Origin: Myxococcota bacterium
GTDB lineage: Bacteria; Myxococcota_A; UBA796; CAJQPC01
Reading direction: 5' to 3'
Length of the DNA: 64,000 nt
Assembly: GCA_036012755.1 (NCBI GenBank)
Contig: DASCPX010000129.1
Span: 160,001 to 224,000 of the forward strand
In this document: piece by piece, positions 29,931-39,881 of the stretch
Position numbering within the stretch: position 1 is the first letter of the stretch
How the letters are laid out: each line of letters opens with the position of its first letter
Translations under genes and position numbers: made by a program
The notes under the pieces: model-generated
Told to the model about the DNA's origin: nothing
Seen by the model: the letters and a program-made list of their open reading frames with translations, nothing else
The model's database searches: none

Positions 29931-31921
29931 GTCTCGCGGCGGCGGAGTGCCGCCGCCAGGATCACGCCGAGGCCCATTCCAGCCGGGAGGAAGAGACCGA
30001 TGCCCACCACCACCCCGGCGCCGAGTCCAATTGCGAAGGGCCACTGCTGCGGCCAGCCGAGCTCCGTCTCACGGGTCAGCGTGTAGCCCGACCACGTCCA
30101 GATCTCGTCCACGTCCGCCTGGTAGGCGGCGAGGTCGTGGACGTCGACGCGGTCTTTCAAGACGACGAGATCGTAGCGTTCCTCGACCCGGGCCTTCGAG
30201 ATCTCGGTGGTCACCGTGAAGCGGAACCACTCGTTGTCCACGCTGCCTGTGCGGTCCTCGAAGACCCAGTCGTCCGGCACGTCGAGCACCAGCGTGTCCA
30301 CCTCGTGGAGGCCGAGGGGGAGCGCCAGCTGGGTAGTGCGGTGCTGCTCCGGGTATGGCAGCGCGTCGAAGAGGGTGAGCTCGAAGAGCGGGAAGGACTC
30401 GCCCCCGGCCGGGTCCGGCTGCCAGGCACCGACGACACGGTAGGCCTCGCTCAGCTCGATGACGTTGGCGTCCCGATCGTCCTGGATGCCCGCGGCCTCC
30501 AGGCTGATCAGGCTCTCTCCGGTTCGCTCGAGCTGGCTTCGGAGCTGATCCTGGAGGACATCGTGGCTCGTGGACGCGAACCAGGCGCGGAGGTTGTCGG
30601 CCCGCATGCCCTCGGCACGAGTCACGGTCCGCAGCGTCGGTGAGAGCATGGCGTCGACGGTGTAGTGCCAGCGGACTTCTGAGAAGCCGACCCTGGCCGG
30701 CCCCATGTCGACCAGCTCGGTGGTCCCTGGTCGGACGAGCAGGGCCTGGCCATAGGCCGGCGTGTAGCGCTCGGCGGCGGCACCCCCCTGGAGCCGGTAG
30801 GTCGGGTCGACCCAATGACCACCGTTGTCGTCCTCGACATGGACGATGAGGTGGTCGAAGGCGCCGGGGCTCGGCGCCCAGGTCTCCACCGGGCGGGCCT
30901 CTGAGGAGACCAGGGCCGGCCAGGCATCGATGCCCACCTCGCGCAACAGCGCCACCAACAGCAGGGTCTTGTCCTTGCAGTCGCCGTAGCGGTTCTCCAG
31001 CACCACGCCGGGTTGCCGGGGGACGTGGCTCCCCTCACCGAGCTCCAGTCCGAGGTAGCGGACATCGTCCTGGACCCAGTCGAGCGCGGCGGTCTCGTAG
31101 TCTGCGCCAGAGGTCCGGAGCTGCTCGACGAGCTCGTCGAGTCCCCCCCTGTCCTCGATCTCGTAGAGGGGAAGCGCCCACTGGACGACCTCTGCCCAGG
31201 ACTGGAACTCGGAGGCCTGGACGAAGGGCGCGCTCAGGACATCAGGTGGAGCGCCCCAGAGGGTCGGCCAGGCCGGCACGCCCCCTATCCACCACACCCA
31301 CTCGTGCTCCCCCTTCACCAGGCCGGAGCTGATGCCGTGGGCCTTGACGTCGAGCGGGCGGTCCTCTGCGGCCCGGATGTGGAGGTAGCGCTGGGAGACA
31401 GGCTCTGACCAGCCCATCGAGAAGGAGTCGAACCAGCGGCCCTGGAAGACCGGGTCGTGGCTCTCGATGCTGTAGCTGTAGCGGAGCACGTCTCCGACAG
31501 AGAGCTGGGGGACCAGGGCGACGAAGCTCCTCCGGCCCGACAGCAGGCCGAGCCAGAGCTCGTCCTCTGGCTGGATCAGCGCCGTGTGGGCGTCTTCGAT
31601 GCGGTCGCTCCAGCTCCCGTCCCGGTAGACGGAGATGTCGTGGAGGTGGATGAGCTCCGTGTCCGGATCGAAGTCGATCTCGACACGCCCGCCGTTGTCC
31701 AGGCCCTCGTGCGTCACGATCCGGTAGGCGCGCTGTACGAAGCGCGTGGCGCCGCCGTCGGCCTCGAAGCGCGTCTGGTCGTCGCAGAGGAGGTACTGGG
31801 TGGAGGCGAGGCTCTCCCCGCTCGGCACCGGGAGGTCGACAGCCACCTCGATCGGGACGACCCAGTCCGGGATCGGATCCTCGACCACCTCTGCACGAGC
31901 CAGTGTCAACAGTGCGAACAC
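29927..31921 (-). CDS. DUF3857 + transglutaminase-like domain protein with C-terminal TM
   Basis: P.WV, VGDVLRYSY, VQDDVRY, GDCKDK, FDH, WVDPT. Confidence 0.85.
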   Translation of the reverse strand: MFALLTLARAEVVEDPIPDWVVPIEVAVDLPVPSGESLASTQYLLCDDQTRFEADGGATRFVQRAYRIVTHEGLDNGGRVEIDFDPDTELIHLHDISVYRDGSWSDRIEDAHTALIQPEDELWLGLLSGRRSFVALVPQLSVGDVLRYSYSIESHDPVFQGRWFDSFSMGWSEPVSQRYLHIRAAEDRPLDVKAHGISSGLVKGEHEWVWWIGGVPAWPTLWGAPPDVLSAPFVQASEFQSWAEVVQWALPLYEIEDRGGLDELVEQLRTSGADYETAALDWVQDDVRYLGLELGEGSHVPRQPGVVLENRYGDCKDKTLLLVALLREVGIDAWPALVSSEARPVETWAPSPGAFDHLIVHVEDDNGGHWVDPTYRLQGGAAAERYTPAYGQALLVRPGTTELVDMGPARVGFSEVRWHYTVDAMLSPTLRTVTRAEGMRADNLRAWFASTSHDVLQDQLRSQLERTGESLISLEAAGIQDDRDANVIELSEAYRVVGAWQPDPAGGESFPLFELTLFDALPYPEQHRTTQLALPLGLHEVDTLVLDVPDDWVFEDRTGSVDNEWFRFTVTTEISKARVEERYDLVVLKDRVDVHDLAAYQADVDEIWTWSGYTLTRETELGWPQQWPFAIGLGAGVVVGIGLFLPAGMGLGVILAAALRRRET

Positions 31922-32002
31922 GGCGCATCGTAGAGTACGCGGAGCGCTTCGACGATGGCGAGGCGCCGTTCCAGCTCTTCGCGCGGTTGTACGGCTTCAG
32001 CC

Positions 32003-33373
32003 TCACATTCCCTGGCTGCGCGGAAGGTACAGGCTCCCCCGCGGATCCGTAGCGAAGGTCTCTGGAAGCTGGGCCACGCCGAGGACTGCCGCCGGTCCAT
32101 CCGCCAGCGCGTTGATGCCGGGGAGCTCCGCGATCAGCACCTCGGTGTCCCATGCCACTGGGACCTGGCCGACGTGGAGCTCGGCGATGGTGATCGCGTA
32201 GGCCGGAACAGGGCGCCCCTCCAGGCCGGCGAGGCTTCCGCTGTGGACGAGGCGCGGGTCGTCCGGGCGGATCCCGAGCGCCGCCGCCGCGGCCCTGTTG
32301 AGCACGGTCACCTCCGCGCCGGTGTCCAGGAGCGCCGGGAAGTGGACCTGGCCGTCGCCGATCTGGACCAGCCACTGGCCGTCCCGGTTGATCGACAGAG
32401 GCGTGGCCACCATGTCGGTCTCGAAGTCGTCGAAGGGGACGAGGCGGAGACCCTCTTCCGAGAAGACGGCTACCCCTCGACCGAGCACGTCCTGACCGAG
32501 CAGGGAAAACGGCGAGTGCTCGATGATGGCGACGCCGCCGAGCGGAACTGGCTGAGATCGTTCGACGTCCACCTGGCGGAAGGCTGTGCTTCCTCCAGGT
32601 GTCGAGGCCAGCTCGGTCAGACCGCCCGGTGGTCCGGATGGCAGCAGGGTCAGGGACGAGCCGGTGTCCACGTGCACCTCGAGCCAGTCGTCGCCTACCT
32701 GGATGACGGACTGCATGTCGTTGAGCGGGAACTCGACCGTGTCGGTGAGGAGGACCTCGGCTGGCAGGCTCGGGGGCGTCGCCTCTGCGTCGCGGTCGAG
32801 GAGCTCGGTCTCGAAGACCAGCGGGGGCGAGCCGGACAGCGTGCGCGAGGGCAGGCCCTGGTCCCAGGTCCCGATGACTGTGACGTGTGGGTCGAGCATG
32901 GGATGACGCTCCTCTGCCCGGCTCAACAGACCCGTCTGCGGGTCGATCCACCAGTGCTCCTCGAGTCCCCAACGCCAGCGGATGCGCAGGTGCCACCCGG
33001 GGTCCTCCGCTCCGAGGTGGACGACCTCGTCGATGTGCTCGCGCCACGCGATCAGCTGGCTCGGGTCGGCGTTGAAGGCCAACTCCTCCAGGCGAGGTCC
33101 CCAGACGCGGCTCCACGTGGGGCGCTTCTCCCAGCCGACACCATCGACGAGCCCCCAGCCCATGCGCAGCCCGCTGAGCTCGAGCCAGGCTTCGTAGTCT
33201 CCGTCGACCCAGGTCTCGGTGAGGGTGCCCTGGAGGTCCTGGACGCGCACGGAGGAGCGCAGGCTCCTGGTCGTGCGGCTGTCGACCTGGGCGGCGTAGG
33301 CGTCGAGGAGAGCCTCTGCCGATGGCGGCTCGATGGGGACGACTGGGGGGCGGCAGGCAAGTAGCAGGATCAT
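32003..33373 (-). CDS. two-domain retropepsin-like aspartic protease, lipoprotein
   Basis: VDTGSS..LLGQDVL and LDTGAE..VLG; MILLLAC. Confidence 0.75.
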   Translation of the reverse strand: MILLLACRPPVVPIEPPSAEALLDAYAAQVDSRTTRSLRSSVRVQDLQGTLTETWVDGDYEAWLELSGLRMGWGLVDGVGWEKRPTWSRVWGPRLEELAFNADPSQLIAWREHIDEVVHLGAEDPGWHLRIRWRWGLEEHWWIDPQTGLLSRAEERHPMLDPHVTVIGTWDQGLPSRTLSGSPPLVFETELLDRDAEATPPSLPAEVLLTDTVEFPLNDMQSVIQVGDDWLEVHVDTGSSLTLLPSGPPGGLTELASTPGGSTAFRQVDVERSQPVPLGGVAIIEHSPFSLLGQDVLGRGVAVFSEEGLRLVPFDDFETDMVATPLSINRDGQWLVQIGDGQVHFPALLDTGAEVTVLNRAAAAALGIRPDDPRLVHSGSLAGLEGRPVPAYAITIAELHVGQVPVAWDTEVLIAELPGINALADGPAAVLGVAQLPETFATDPRGSLYLPRSQGM

Positions 33374-33496
33374 GGTGCTCATCGTAGACAGCTGTCGTCA
33401 ACCGGCGACGTGGGGGCTGCGCAAGTGTTCGAGATCGCGTGTTGGACCACATGGCACGAGTCGTGAACCGTAGCTTCGCGAAGCCCTGGAGAAACC

Positions 33497-34234
33497 ATGA
33501 TCCTGCTCTCGTTCTTCCTCCTCTCAGACCCCCTCGTTTCGGCGGCTCACGCCGAGGATGTCGCCGCCTTCGAGTCCAAGGAGATGAACACCCTCTGGGT
33601 CCAGCGGGACTGGGGCGGACACACGGACGAGGCCATCGGGATCCTCGAGGCTGCGAAGGCCGCGAACCCCGACGACTACGAGATCCGCTGGCAGCTCGCC
33701 CGCTTCTACTACTGGAAGGCTGGTACGAAGACCGGCGCCAAGCAGGCGGAATTGGGCAAGAAGGCATGGGATGAAGCCGAGGTCGCGAAGGACCTGGAGC
33801 CCGGCTCGGTCGAGGGTTGGTACTGGGCCGCCGCCTCGATCGGCGCATACAGCCAGGGAGCCGGCATCATGAACGCCGTGAAGGAGGGGCTCGCCGACGA
33901 GTTCAAGGTCAACGCCAAGAAGGCGATCGCCATCGACGGCGGCCATGACCACGGGGGCCCCTACCGTGCCCTCGGGCGCTTCTACACGACCCTGCCCTGG
34001 CCGCTCCAGGACCTCGAGGAAGCCGAGAAGATGTCGGAGAAGGCCCTCGCCGCGGACGACGACTTCGCGATCAACCTCTACTACCTGGCCGATGTCTACA
34101 AGCAGGACGGCGACGAGACCAAGGCGCGCCAGTACGCCACGAAGGCCGCGGCGCAAGACCCGGCGTCCAGCGGAGATCCGCCATCGACCCGCAAGCATGT
34201 CAAGCTGGCCGAAGCCATGCTCGAGGAGTTGTAG
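33497..34234 (+). CDS. exported TPR/helical protein
   Basis: Signal peptide; WQLARFYY, GWYWAA, YRALGRFY..LPWP, YYLADVY. Confidence 0.7.
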   Translation: MILLSFFLLSDPLVSAAHAEDVAAFESKEMNTLWVQRDWGGHTDEAIGILEAAKAANPDDYEIRWQLARFYYWKAGTKTGAKQAELGKKAWDEAEVAKDLEPGSVEGWYWAAASIGAYSQGAGIMNAVKEGLADEFKVNAKKAIAIDGGHDHGGPYRALGRFYTTLPWPLQDLEEAEKMSEKALAADDDFAINLYYLADVYKQDGDETKARQYATKAAAQDPASSGDPPSTRKHVKLAEAMLEEL

Positions 34235-35604
34235 TGGCCTTCTGGGAAAGCGGGCTCGTCTTCGACGCCCTGATCGTCGCTGCCTTGCTCTTCGTCGCAG
34301 CGACGCTCCGCAAGATCATCCCGCCGATGCGCGCCCTGGGGGTGCCCGACTCGATGGTGGCCGGCTTCATCGGCCTCGTCTGCGGGCCCACGGCGCTGGC
34401 GCTCTTGCCCTTTGATCCGGAGACGCTGGCGAGCTTCGTCTACCACGGCCTCGCGCTGGTCTTCATCGCCGTCAGCCTGCAGTCCCCTGCAAAGGGCAAG
34501 GGCGGCGGCGGGGCGACCTCCGTGGCCTTCGCCATTCCTTTCTTGGCTGTGCTGCAGGGTCTGGTCGGGCTCCTGGCGGTGCTCGCCTTCTCCGCTTTTG
34601 CCGTCGAGAAGATGCACCCGGGCATGGGACTCATGCTCCCCTTGGGCTTCAACCAGGGACCCGGCCAGGCCCTGTCACTCGGGCGCAGCTGGGAGGCATC
34701 GGGCTTCGCCAGCGGCGGCGAGATCGGCCTCATCGTGGCTTCGATGGGCTTCGCGTGGGCGGTGTTCATCGGCGTCCCGCTGGTCGCGTGGGGTCGCAAG
34801 AAGGGCTGGGCCGCCGATCCAGGATCTGGAGCCGAGTCCACCGAGGTCGACCAGGTGGAGCGCGTGGTGCCCCCACCGGGTGCTGGCGCGCTGGAGCTCC
34901 TCTCGACCCAGGCGGTGTGGATCGGGCTGGTCTACCTCGCCACCTACGGCATCCTCTACGGGCTGGCGTCGCTGCTGGCGGACAAGCCCCAGTTCGCGGC
35001 CATGGTCTGGGGCTTCCACTTCATCATCGGGACCTTCCTCGCCCTCGGGGCGCGCCGCCTGCTGGATCGGCTCGTGCCGAGACACCAGCTGGAGGACCGG
35101 CTGCTGGGCCGCATCTCTGGAACCACCGTCGACGTGATCACCTGTTCGGCGATCGCCGCGGTGAGCCTGACCGTCTTTCGGGCCAACCTCGTGCCCATCC
35201 TCGTACTCACCTCGCTGGGCGGTCTGGCCACGCTGTTGTCCTGCATCTGGCTGGCTCGTCGGGCCTTCCCCTCGGCGCCCTTCCAGCACGCGGTGGTCAT
35301 GTTCGGCGCCGCCACCGGCACGCTCCCGACTGGACTCGCGCTGTTGCGCATCATGGACCCCGAGATGAAGGGGCCGGTGCCCGCGAACGTCGTGCTCGGC
35401 GCCGCTGGCGCGCTGGTCCTCAGCATCCCGTTGCTCATCGTGGTGCTGCCCATTCCGATCGCCGGCTTCGAGCACGACTACTGGGGCTCCATCTGGCTGG
35501 CAGTGGGCATCTTGTGTGTGTACATCGGGCTGTTGCTGGTGGGCTGGCGTCTCCTCGGTCCGCTACGCTTCGCGCGACCGTGGAGGCGCTTCTGGCCGGA
35601 CTGA
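34234..35604 (+). CDS. sodium:glutamate symporter family (GltS-like)
   Basis: About 12 TM segments; P.SMVAG, GFNQGPGQA, FGAATGTLPTGLALLRIMDP. Confidence 0.8.
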   Translation: MAFWESGLVFDALIVAALLFVAATLRKIIPPMRALGVPDSMVAGFIGLVCGPTALALLPFDPETLASFVYHGLALVFIAVSLQSPAKGKGGGGATSVAFAIPFLAVLQGLVGLLAVLAFSAFAVEKMHPGMGLMLPLGFNQGPGQALSLGRSWEASGFASGGEIGLIVASMGFAWAVFIGVPLVAWGRKKGWAADPGSGAESTEVDQVERVVPPPGAGALELLSTQAVWIGLVYLATYGILYGLASLLADKPQFAAMVWGFHFIIGTFLALGARRLLDRLVPRHQLEDRLLGRISGTTVDVITCSAIAAVSLTVFRANLVPILVLTSLGGLATLLSCIWLARRAFPSAPFQHAVVMFGAATGTLPTGLALLRIMDPEMKGPVPANVVLGAAGALVLSIPLLIVVLPIPIAGFEHDYWGSIWLAVGILCVYIGLLLVGWRLLGPLRFARPWRRFWPD

Positions 35605-36317
35605 TCCAGCGGGTCTCGCTCGGTGATCGCGCGGCGGTCATCGGCGACATCCACGGCTCGGCCGATCTGCTCCGGCGCTTGCTGGGGCAACTCGAGGGGC
35701 TGCCCATCGTCGTCGCCGGCGATCTCTGTGACCGGGGCTCCGACACGCGGGGCGTGCTCGATCAGCTCGTCGCTGTCGGTGCGATCGGAGTCCTGGGCAA
35801 CCACGACCTGTGGCTGCGTGACTGGGCAAACGGCCGCGGCTTCGACGACTTCGCGCTGCACCGGGCGATGGGTGGACGAGCGACGCTGGCGAGCTACGGC
35901 GTGGACCCCGAGAGCTCCGTCGCCCAGATCGAAGCGGCCTCCTGGCGCGTTCCGGAGTCCCACGGTCGATTCCTGGACGGCCTCCCCCTTGCCCTGTCGG
36001 TCGGTGTCGGCGGCGAGGACTTCTGGGTGGTGCACGCGGGGCTGCTGCGCCAGCTGGAGTTTCCTCCGGAGCCTCGCCGGCGCGTGGACTGGCTCGTCCG
36101 GACCCACGGGGAGCGAATGTGCTGGGGCAAGTGCCACCCTGTGCAGTGCGTCGAGGCCGACGTGCCGGTTGTGATGGGGCACGTGCCGCTGTCCGCCCCA
36201 GAGGACAACGGCCACTGCGTCGCGATCGACACCGGAGCGGGGACATGGGGAGAGGCGGGCTGCCTGACGGCCTTGATCCTGCCCGAGCGGCGCTTCCTCA
36301 GCGTGTCAGGGCTGTGA
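35580..36317 (+). CDS. PPP-type Ser/Thr protein phosphatase (metallophosphoesterase)
   Basis: GDIHG, GDLCDRG, GNHD, HAG, GH, IDTG; start uncertain. Confidence 0.85.
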   Translation: MEALLAGLIQRVSLGDRAAVIGDIHGSADLLRRLLGQLEGLPIVVAGDLCDRGSDTRGVLDQLVAVGAIGVLGNHDLWLRDWANGRGFDDFALHRAMGGRATLASYGVDPESSVAQIEAASWRVPESHGRFLDGLPLALSVGVGGEDFWVVHAGLLRQLEFPPEPRRRVDWLVRTHGERMCWGKCHPVQCVEADVPVVMGHVPLSAPEDNGHCVAIDTGAGTWGEAGCLTALILPERRFLSVSGL

Positions 36318-37005
36318 GCGTGAAGAGTTCGTCGTCGAGGCCGGCGTCGAAAGCGACCTCGTTGACGGTCGCCTCCGTGGAGGTGCCCTTGTCGTTGTCG
36401 AGGACGTGGAGGGTGTGGGCGAGGTTGCGCGGCCCGACGTCGCGGTAGTCCGTCAGCGTCACCGTCCGGATCCTGACGTTGTCCTCGTCCGAGTACTCGA
36501 TCACCGAGGGGAGGTGGTCGTCCGGCCGGACCCACATGCGCACGTGGTGGTGCTCGTGCTGCTTGGGGTCGTTCGGGGTCAACAGCAGGGTCGTCATCTC
36601 GCCGTCGGTGCCCTCGACGATCGCGCTGTACTCCTCCGACCAGGACAGGCGCGAGAGGTCGTCGATGCTGAAGTCGGTGCCCATGAAGGCGTCGCTGCGC
36701 TGGTCGCCGACCACGCGCTTCGGTCGTCCGTAGGCGGGCAGGTAGACGTAGACCGTCTCGCCGTCGGGCACGAGCAAGCCGATGCCAGCGAGCCTCGCCG
36801 GCTCCGTGTAGCGAACGAGGCGCTTGTCGTCGCCCTTCTGCCAGATCTCGAGCGTGCGCTGGGCGCTCTCACCCTTGTCGTCGGTGACGACGACGTCGAG
36901 CACCAGGTGGGCGTCGTCTCCGGCGTTGTTGGCGGCGTCGACCTTTGCGAGCAGGGCGTCGCCAGCTTCGTCGGCGAGAGCGAGCGCGAGGAGCGTGTGG
37001 AGCAT
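36298..37005 (-). CDS. outer membrane lipoprotein-sorting protein (LolA-like)
   Basis: P..LAG.GLL, YLPAY, FMGTDFS.DDL, LDDELFT. Confidence 0.8.
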   Translation of the reverse strand: MLHTLLALALADEAGDALLAKVDAANNAGDDAHLVLDVVVTDDKGESAQRTLEIWQKGDDKRLVRYTEPARLAGIGLLVPDGETVYVYLPAYGRPKRVVGDQRSDAFMGTDFSIDDLSRLSWSEEYSAIVEGTDGEMTTLLLTPNDPKQHEHHHVRMWVRPDDHLPSVIEYSDEDNVRIRTVTLTDYRDVGPRNLAHTLHVLDNDKGTSTEATVNEVAFDAGLDDELFTLTALTR

Positions 37006-37052
37006 GGCGCCTGGATATCGCGCCCTGGTAGCCTTGCCGCGCGAGGGCACAG

Positions 37053-37158
37053 ATGGTCTGGCTGTTGGCGTGCATCGGCAAGTGGGGCCTGTTCTCCGAT
37101 GACAGCGGGCGGCGACTGCGCGATGGGGGACGTCGCTGGCTTCCTCAGAGCTCTGTGA
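37053..37158 (+). pseudogene. collapsed lipoprotein gene remnant
   Basis: MVWLLAC signal, then a shift into another frame ending GDCAMGDVAGFLRAL*. Confidence 0.35.
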
Positions 37159-37168
37159 CCCCAACGAG

Positions 37169-37194
37169 TACGGGCCGCCCGAAGGCGACCCGCA
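37169..37194 (-). terminator. GC hairpin with UUCG loop downstream of the 37216-37907 gene
   Basis: Minus strand GCGGGTCGCC-TTCG-GGCGGCCCGT; no clear U-tract. Confidence 0.4.
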
Positions 37195-37215
37195 TCGGTT
37201 CCAGCGGGGCTGGAC

Positions 37216-37907
37216 TCAGATGGCGTGCTCGTTCTCCGGCTCGTCCGGGTCGACCTCTGCGCCCTCGTCGTCGATGGGCTCCTCGGGCGTGACGCTCGAG
37301 ATGTCGTAGTCGCCCGCGCGGCTCGCGTCGTAGTCCGTCTCCAGACGCAGGCTGGCGCCGATGCTCACGTCGCCGACCTGGCAGCCGCCGGCCCACTCGT
37401 AGATGATGACGCCGTCGTCGATGGTGCTGTTGTCCTCTGCGAAGGCTCCCTCGACCGTGCCGACGCCGATCGCGGCGCAGTTGCCGTTGGCGCCCAGGCC
37501 CAGGCCCAAGAGCATCACGAAGCTGCCATCGGGAGCGAGCGTGCCGCCCATGCGCTGGCCGGGGGTGCCGCGGTCTTCCGAGAGGTTCACGAAGTTGAGC
37601 AGGTCGTAGTCGGTGCCCCAGGGCTGGTCGACGGCGACCTCGTTCCAGAAGTTCTCGCTCGGGCACTCGACGCCCTCATCAGAGCAGAGCTGGCTGATCT
37701 CGAAGAACTCGCCGTTGTACTCGACGGTGGCCTCTTCCCGGAGATGACCTCGGCGACGAGCTCGTCGTTGATGTAGACGCGCATGTTGTCGACATACTCG
37801 ACGTCGTAGTTGCCCATGCGGTCCTGGGGCTCTTCGAGCTCACCACAGGCGGTCAGGGCTGTGACGGCGACGGCGATGCAACAGAGGCGAAGGATGTTGG
37901 TACGCAT
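37216..37907 (-). pseudogene. frameshifted lipoprotein of unknown function
   Basis: MRTNILRLCCIAVAVTALTAC; the frame changes at TCC GGG AAG (~37735-37742) and adding one G joins it to the 37216-37590 ORF. Confidence 0.65.
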
Positions 37908-38018
37908 TGTGTGTGTCTCCATAGAGGCAGCGGGTTCGTCTGCGTGCCTCGGCAAGTGAGACCCACGGCTCCACGACAGAGAAAACGATTTCTCTTACGT
38001 CTCCCTCACCCTGATCCC

Positions 38019-39881
38019 TCAGTAGAGGTAGATCTCCAGGTTCGTGCTGCCTTCTGAGCCGTCAGCGCTCCCCACGACGAAGACCCTGGAGTCCCCCACG
38101 CCGAGGTACTCGTAGGTCCAGGCGTCGTCTCCCCAGTCGTCGTTGCTGCAGCTCGTGATGGCGCCCCCGCACTCCTCCAGCGCGTAGAGGATCGTGTCTC
38201 CCTCCGAGCCGTTGGTGTGGAAGATCCACCAGCCGGGGGCGTTGGCGTTCCAGGTGAAGGTCTCGGCGTCGTGGAGCACGCCGCAGGTCCCCGTGATGCC
38301 CTCGCCGTTTCCGGCGCGTTCCCAGGAGGTCGAGACCCCTCCGCCGCCGAGGTCGACATCGGCACAGGAGGGCGGGCCCAGGATCTCGAGCTCCGAGCTC
38401 TCCACGAGCAGCGTCACCTCCTGGCTCTCTGCGAGGGTCGCCGAGACCGAGCCGGTCCCACAGGCCAGCTCCTCGCCGAGGCAGTCCCCGTCGAGCACCG
38501 CGACGGTCTCGCCGACGAAGACGTAGTCCCCATCGCTGGGAGCGGCCCAGCCGAGCAGGACCTCGTCTCCGGCCTCTCCGCAGCTGGCCTCGAGCCAGTC
38601 GTGCCACGCCTCGGGGAGCTCGACTTCACCGGTGCCCTCGACGTCTGTGTCGGGGCACTCGTTGCACTCGATCGTACCCGCGCAGTCGGAGTCGTCGCAG
38701 TCGGTGACGCCATCGCCGTCGTCGTCGAGGGTGTTGGTGCAGTCGCGCTCGAATCCCCACCAGTCCGTGCCGGAGAAGTCGATCGGATCGACACCGAGGA
38801 AGGCCCGCATCGTCGGCGCCACGTCCAGGTGTGAGGCGCCGTCGAGCTCGGTGGCGAGGAGCGAGGGGCCGGCCAACAACAGCGGCACCGCCTGGTAGTC
38901 CTCGCTCATGGTGCCGTGGGTGCCCCAGGCGTCCCCGCCGTGATCGGAGGTCATGACGATCAGCCACTCCTCGCTGGCGATCTCCGGCCGCTCCAGCAAG
39001 ACGTCCACGAGCTGGCCGAGGTCCTCGTCGAGGTCTTCGAGGGCAGCGACGTACTCGGGATTGTCGGCCGAGAAGCCGCCGGAGTGTCCGGCGGTGTCCA
39101 GCGCGTGCAGCTCGACGAGGTAGACCTGCGAGAGCCCTCCACGCAGTGCCCCGAGAGCCTCCTCGAGCACATCCTCGTCGGCGTCGACGGCGATGAGATC
39201 CGAGAACCCCACCCACTCTGCCCCAGCCCAGATCCGCTCGTCGAGGTCCTCGAAGGGGTCCATCGTCAGGGGGATGCCGTCGGTCCAGACGCCGTGGCTC
39301 TCTGTGCCGGTGAGCACGCTCGCCCAGCCCGGTCCGCAGGTCGTCAGGTCGGTGGTCTGGGTGGTAGCGGTCGCGATGACCCCCCAGGCCGCGAGCCGGT
39401 CGATGTTCGGTGTGTCCACCAGGGGCAGGACCTCTGCGTCGAGGCCGTCCGCGGCGACCAGCAGGACGTCTCGGGAGCTGGCCTCCTCCGGAGATCTCAG
39501 CATCTCGAGGCTGACATCGATCCGCGCAAGGACCTCTGCAGAGTCGCTGTCGTGGAGGGTGATGTGAGCTTCGTGCCGACCGCTCGCGGCGGCCCAGGGA
39601 TCCGCGGTGAGAGTCAGGACTCCGTCTTCGATCGAGGCCCCCAGCCAGGTCTCGGAGGACAGGGCGACGAAGGCATCGCAGGGCTCGGCGAGGACCTCGA
39701 GGTCCCGCTCCACCGAGGGTGTGTCCTCTCCCTGCCACCAGGACCAGAGGACCGGATCCGTGTCGATCGACAGACTTCCGGAGCGCTCGCAGGTGGCCGT
39801 GTCCTCGAGGATCACGGTCTCGGTGGCGCCCGGTGGCGTGATGTGCGTCTCTTCGACGACGCAGGCGAGGAGCCAGATCAT
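38019..39881 (-). CDS. alkaline phosphatase superfamily (phosphodiesterase-like) lipoprotein with Cys-rich C-terminal domains
   Basis: ADGL, TCGPGW, LDTAGH, TSDHGG, HG; MIWLLAC; ATGA-coupled. Confidence 0.8.
   Translation of the reverse strand: MIWLLACVVEETHITPPGATETVILEDTATCERSGSLSIDTDPVLWSWWQGEDTPSVERDLEVLAEPCDAFVALSSETWLGASIEDGVLTLTADPWAAASGRHEAHITLHDSDSAEVLARIDVSLEMLRSPEEASSRDVLLVAADGLDAEVLPLVDTPNIDRLAAWGVIATATTQTTDLTTCGPGWASVLTGTESHGVWTDGIPLTMDPFEDLDERIWAGAEWVGFSDLIAVDADEDVLEEALGALRGGLSQVYLVELHALDTAGHSGGFSADNPEYVAALEDLDEDLGQLVDVLLERPEIASEEWLIVMTSDHGGDAWGTHGTMSEDYQAVPLLLAGPSLLATELDGASHLDVAPTMRAFLGVDPIDFSGTDWWGFERDCTNTLDDDGDGVTDCDDSDCAGTIECNECPDTDVEGTGEVELPEAWHDWLEASCGEAGDEVLLGWAAPSDGDYVFVGETVAVLDGDCLGEELACGTGSVSATLAESQEVTLLVESSELEILGPPSCADVDLGGGGVSTSWERAGNGEGITGTCGVLHDAETFTWNANAPGWWIFHTNGSEGDTILYALEECGGAITSCSNDDWGDDAWTYEYLGVGDSRVFVVGSADGSEGSTNLEIYLY

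Noticed and set aside
31906..32100. 64-aa minus-strand ORF between the protease and DUF3857 genes
   Set aside because: Overlaps both neighbours and has no motif; at most a short remnant.
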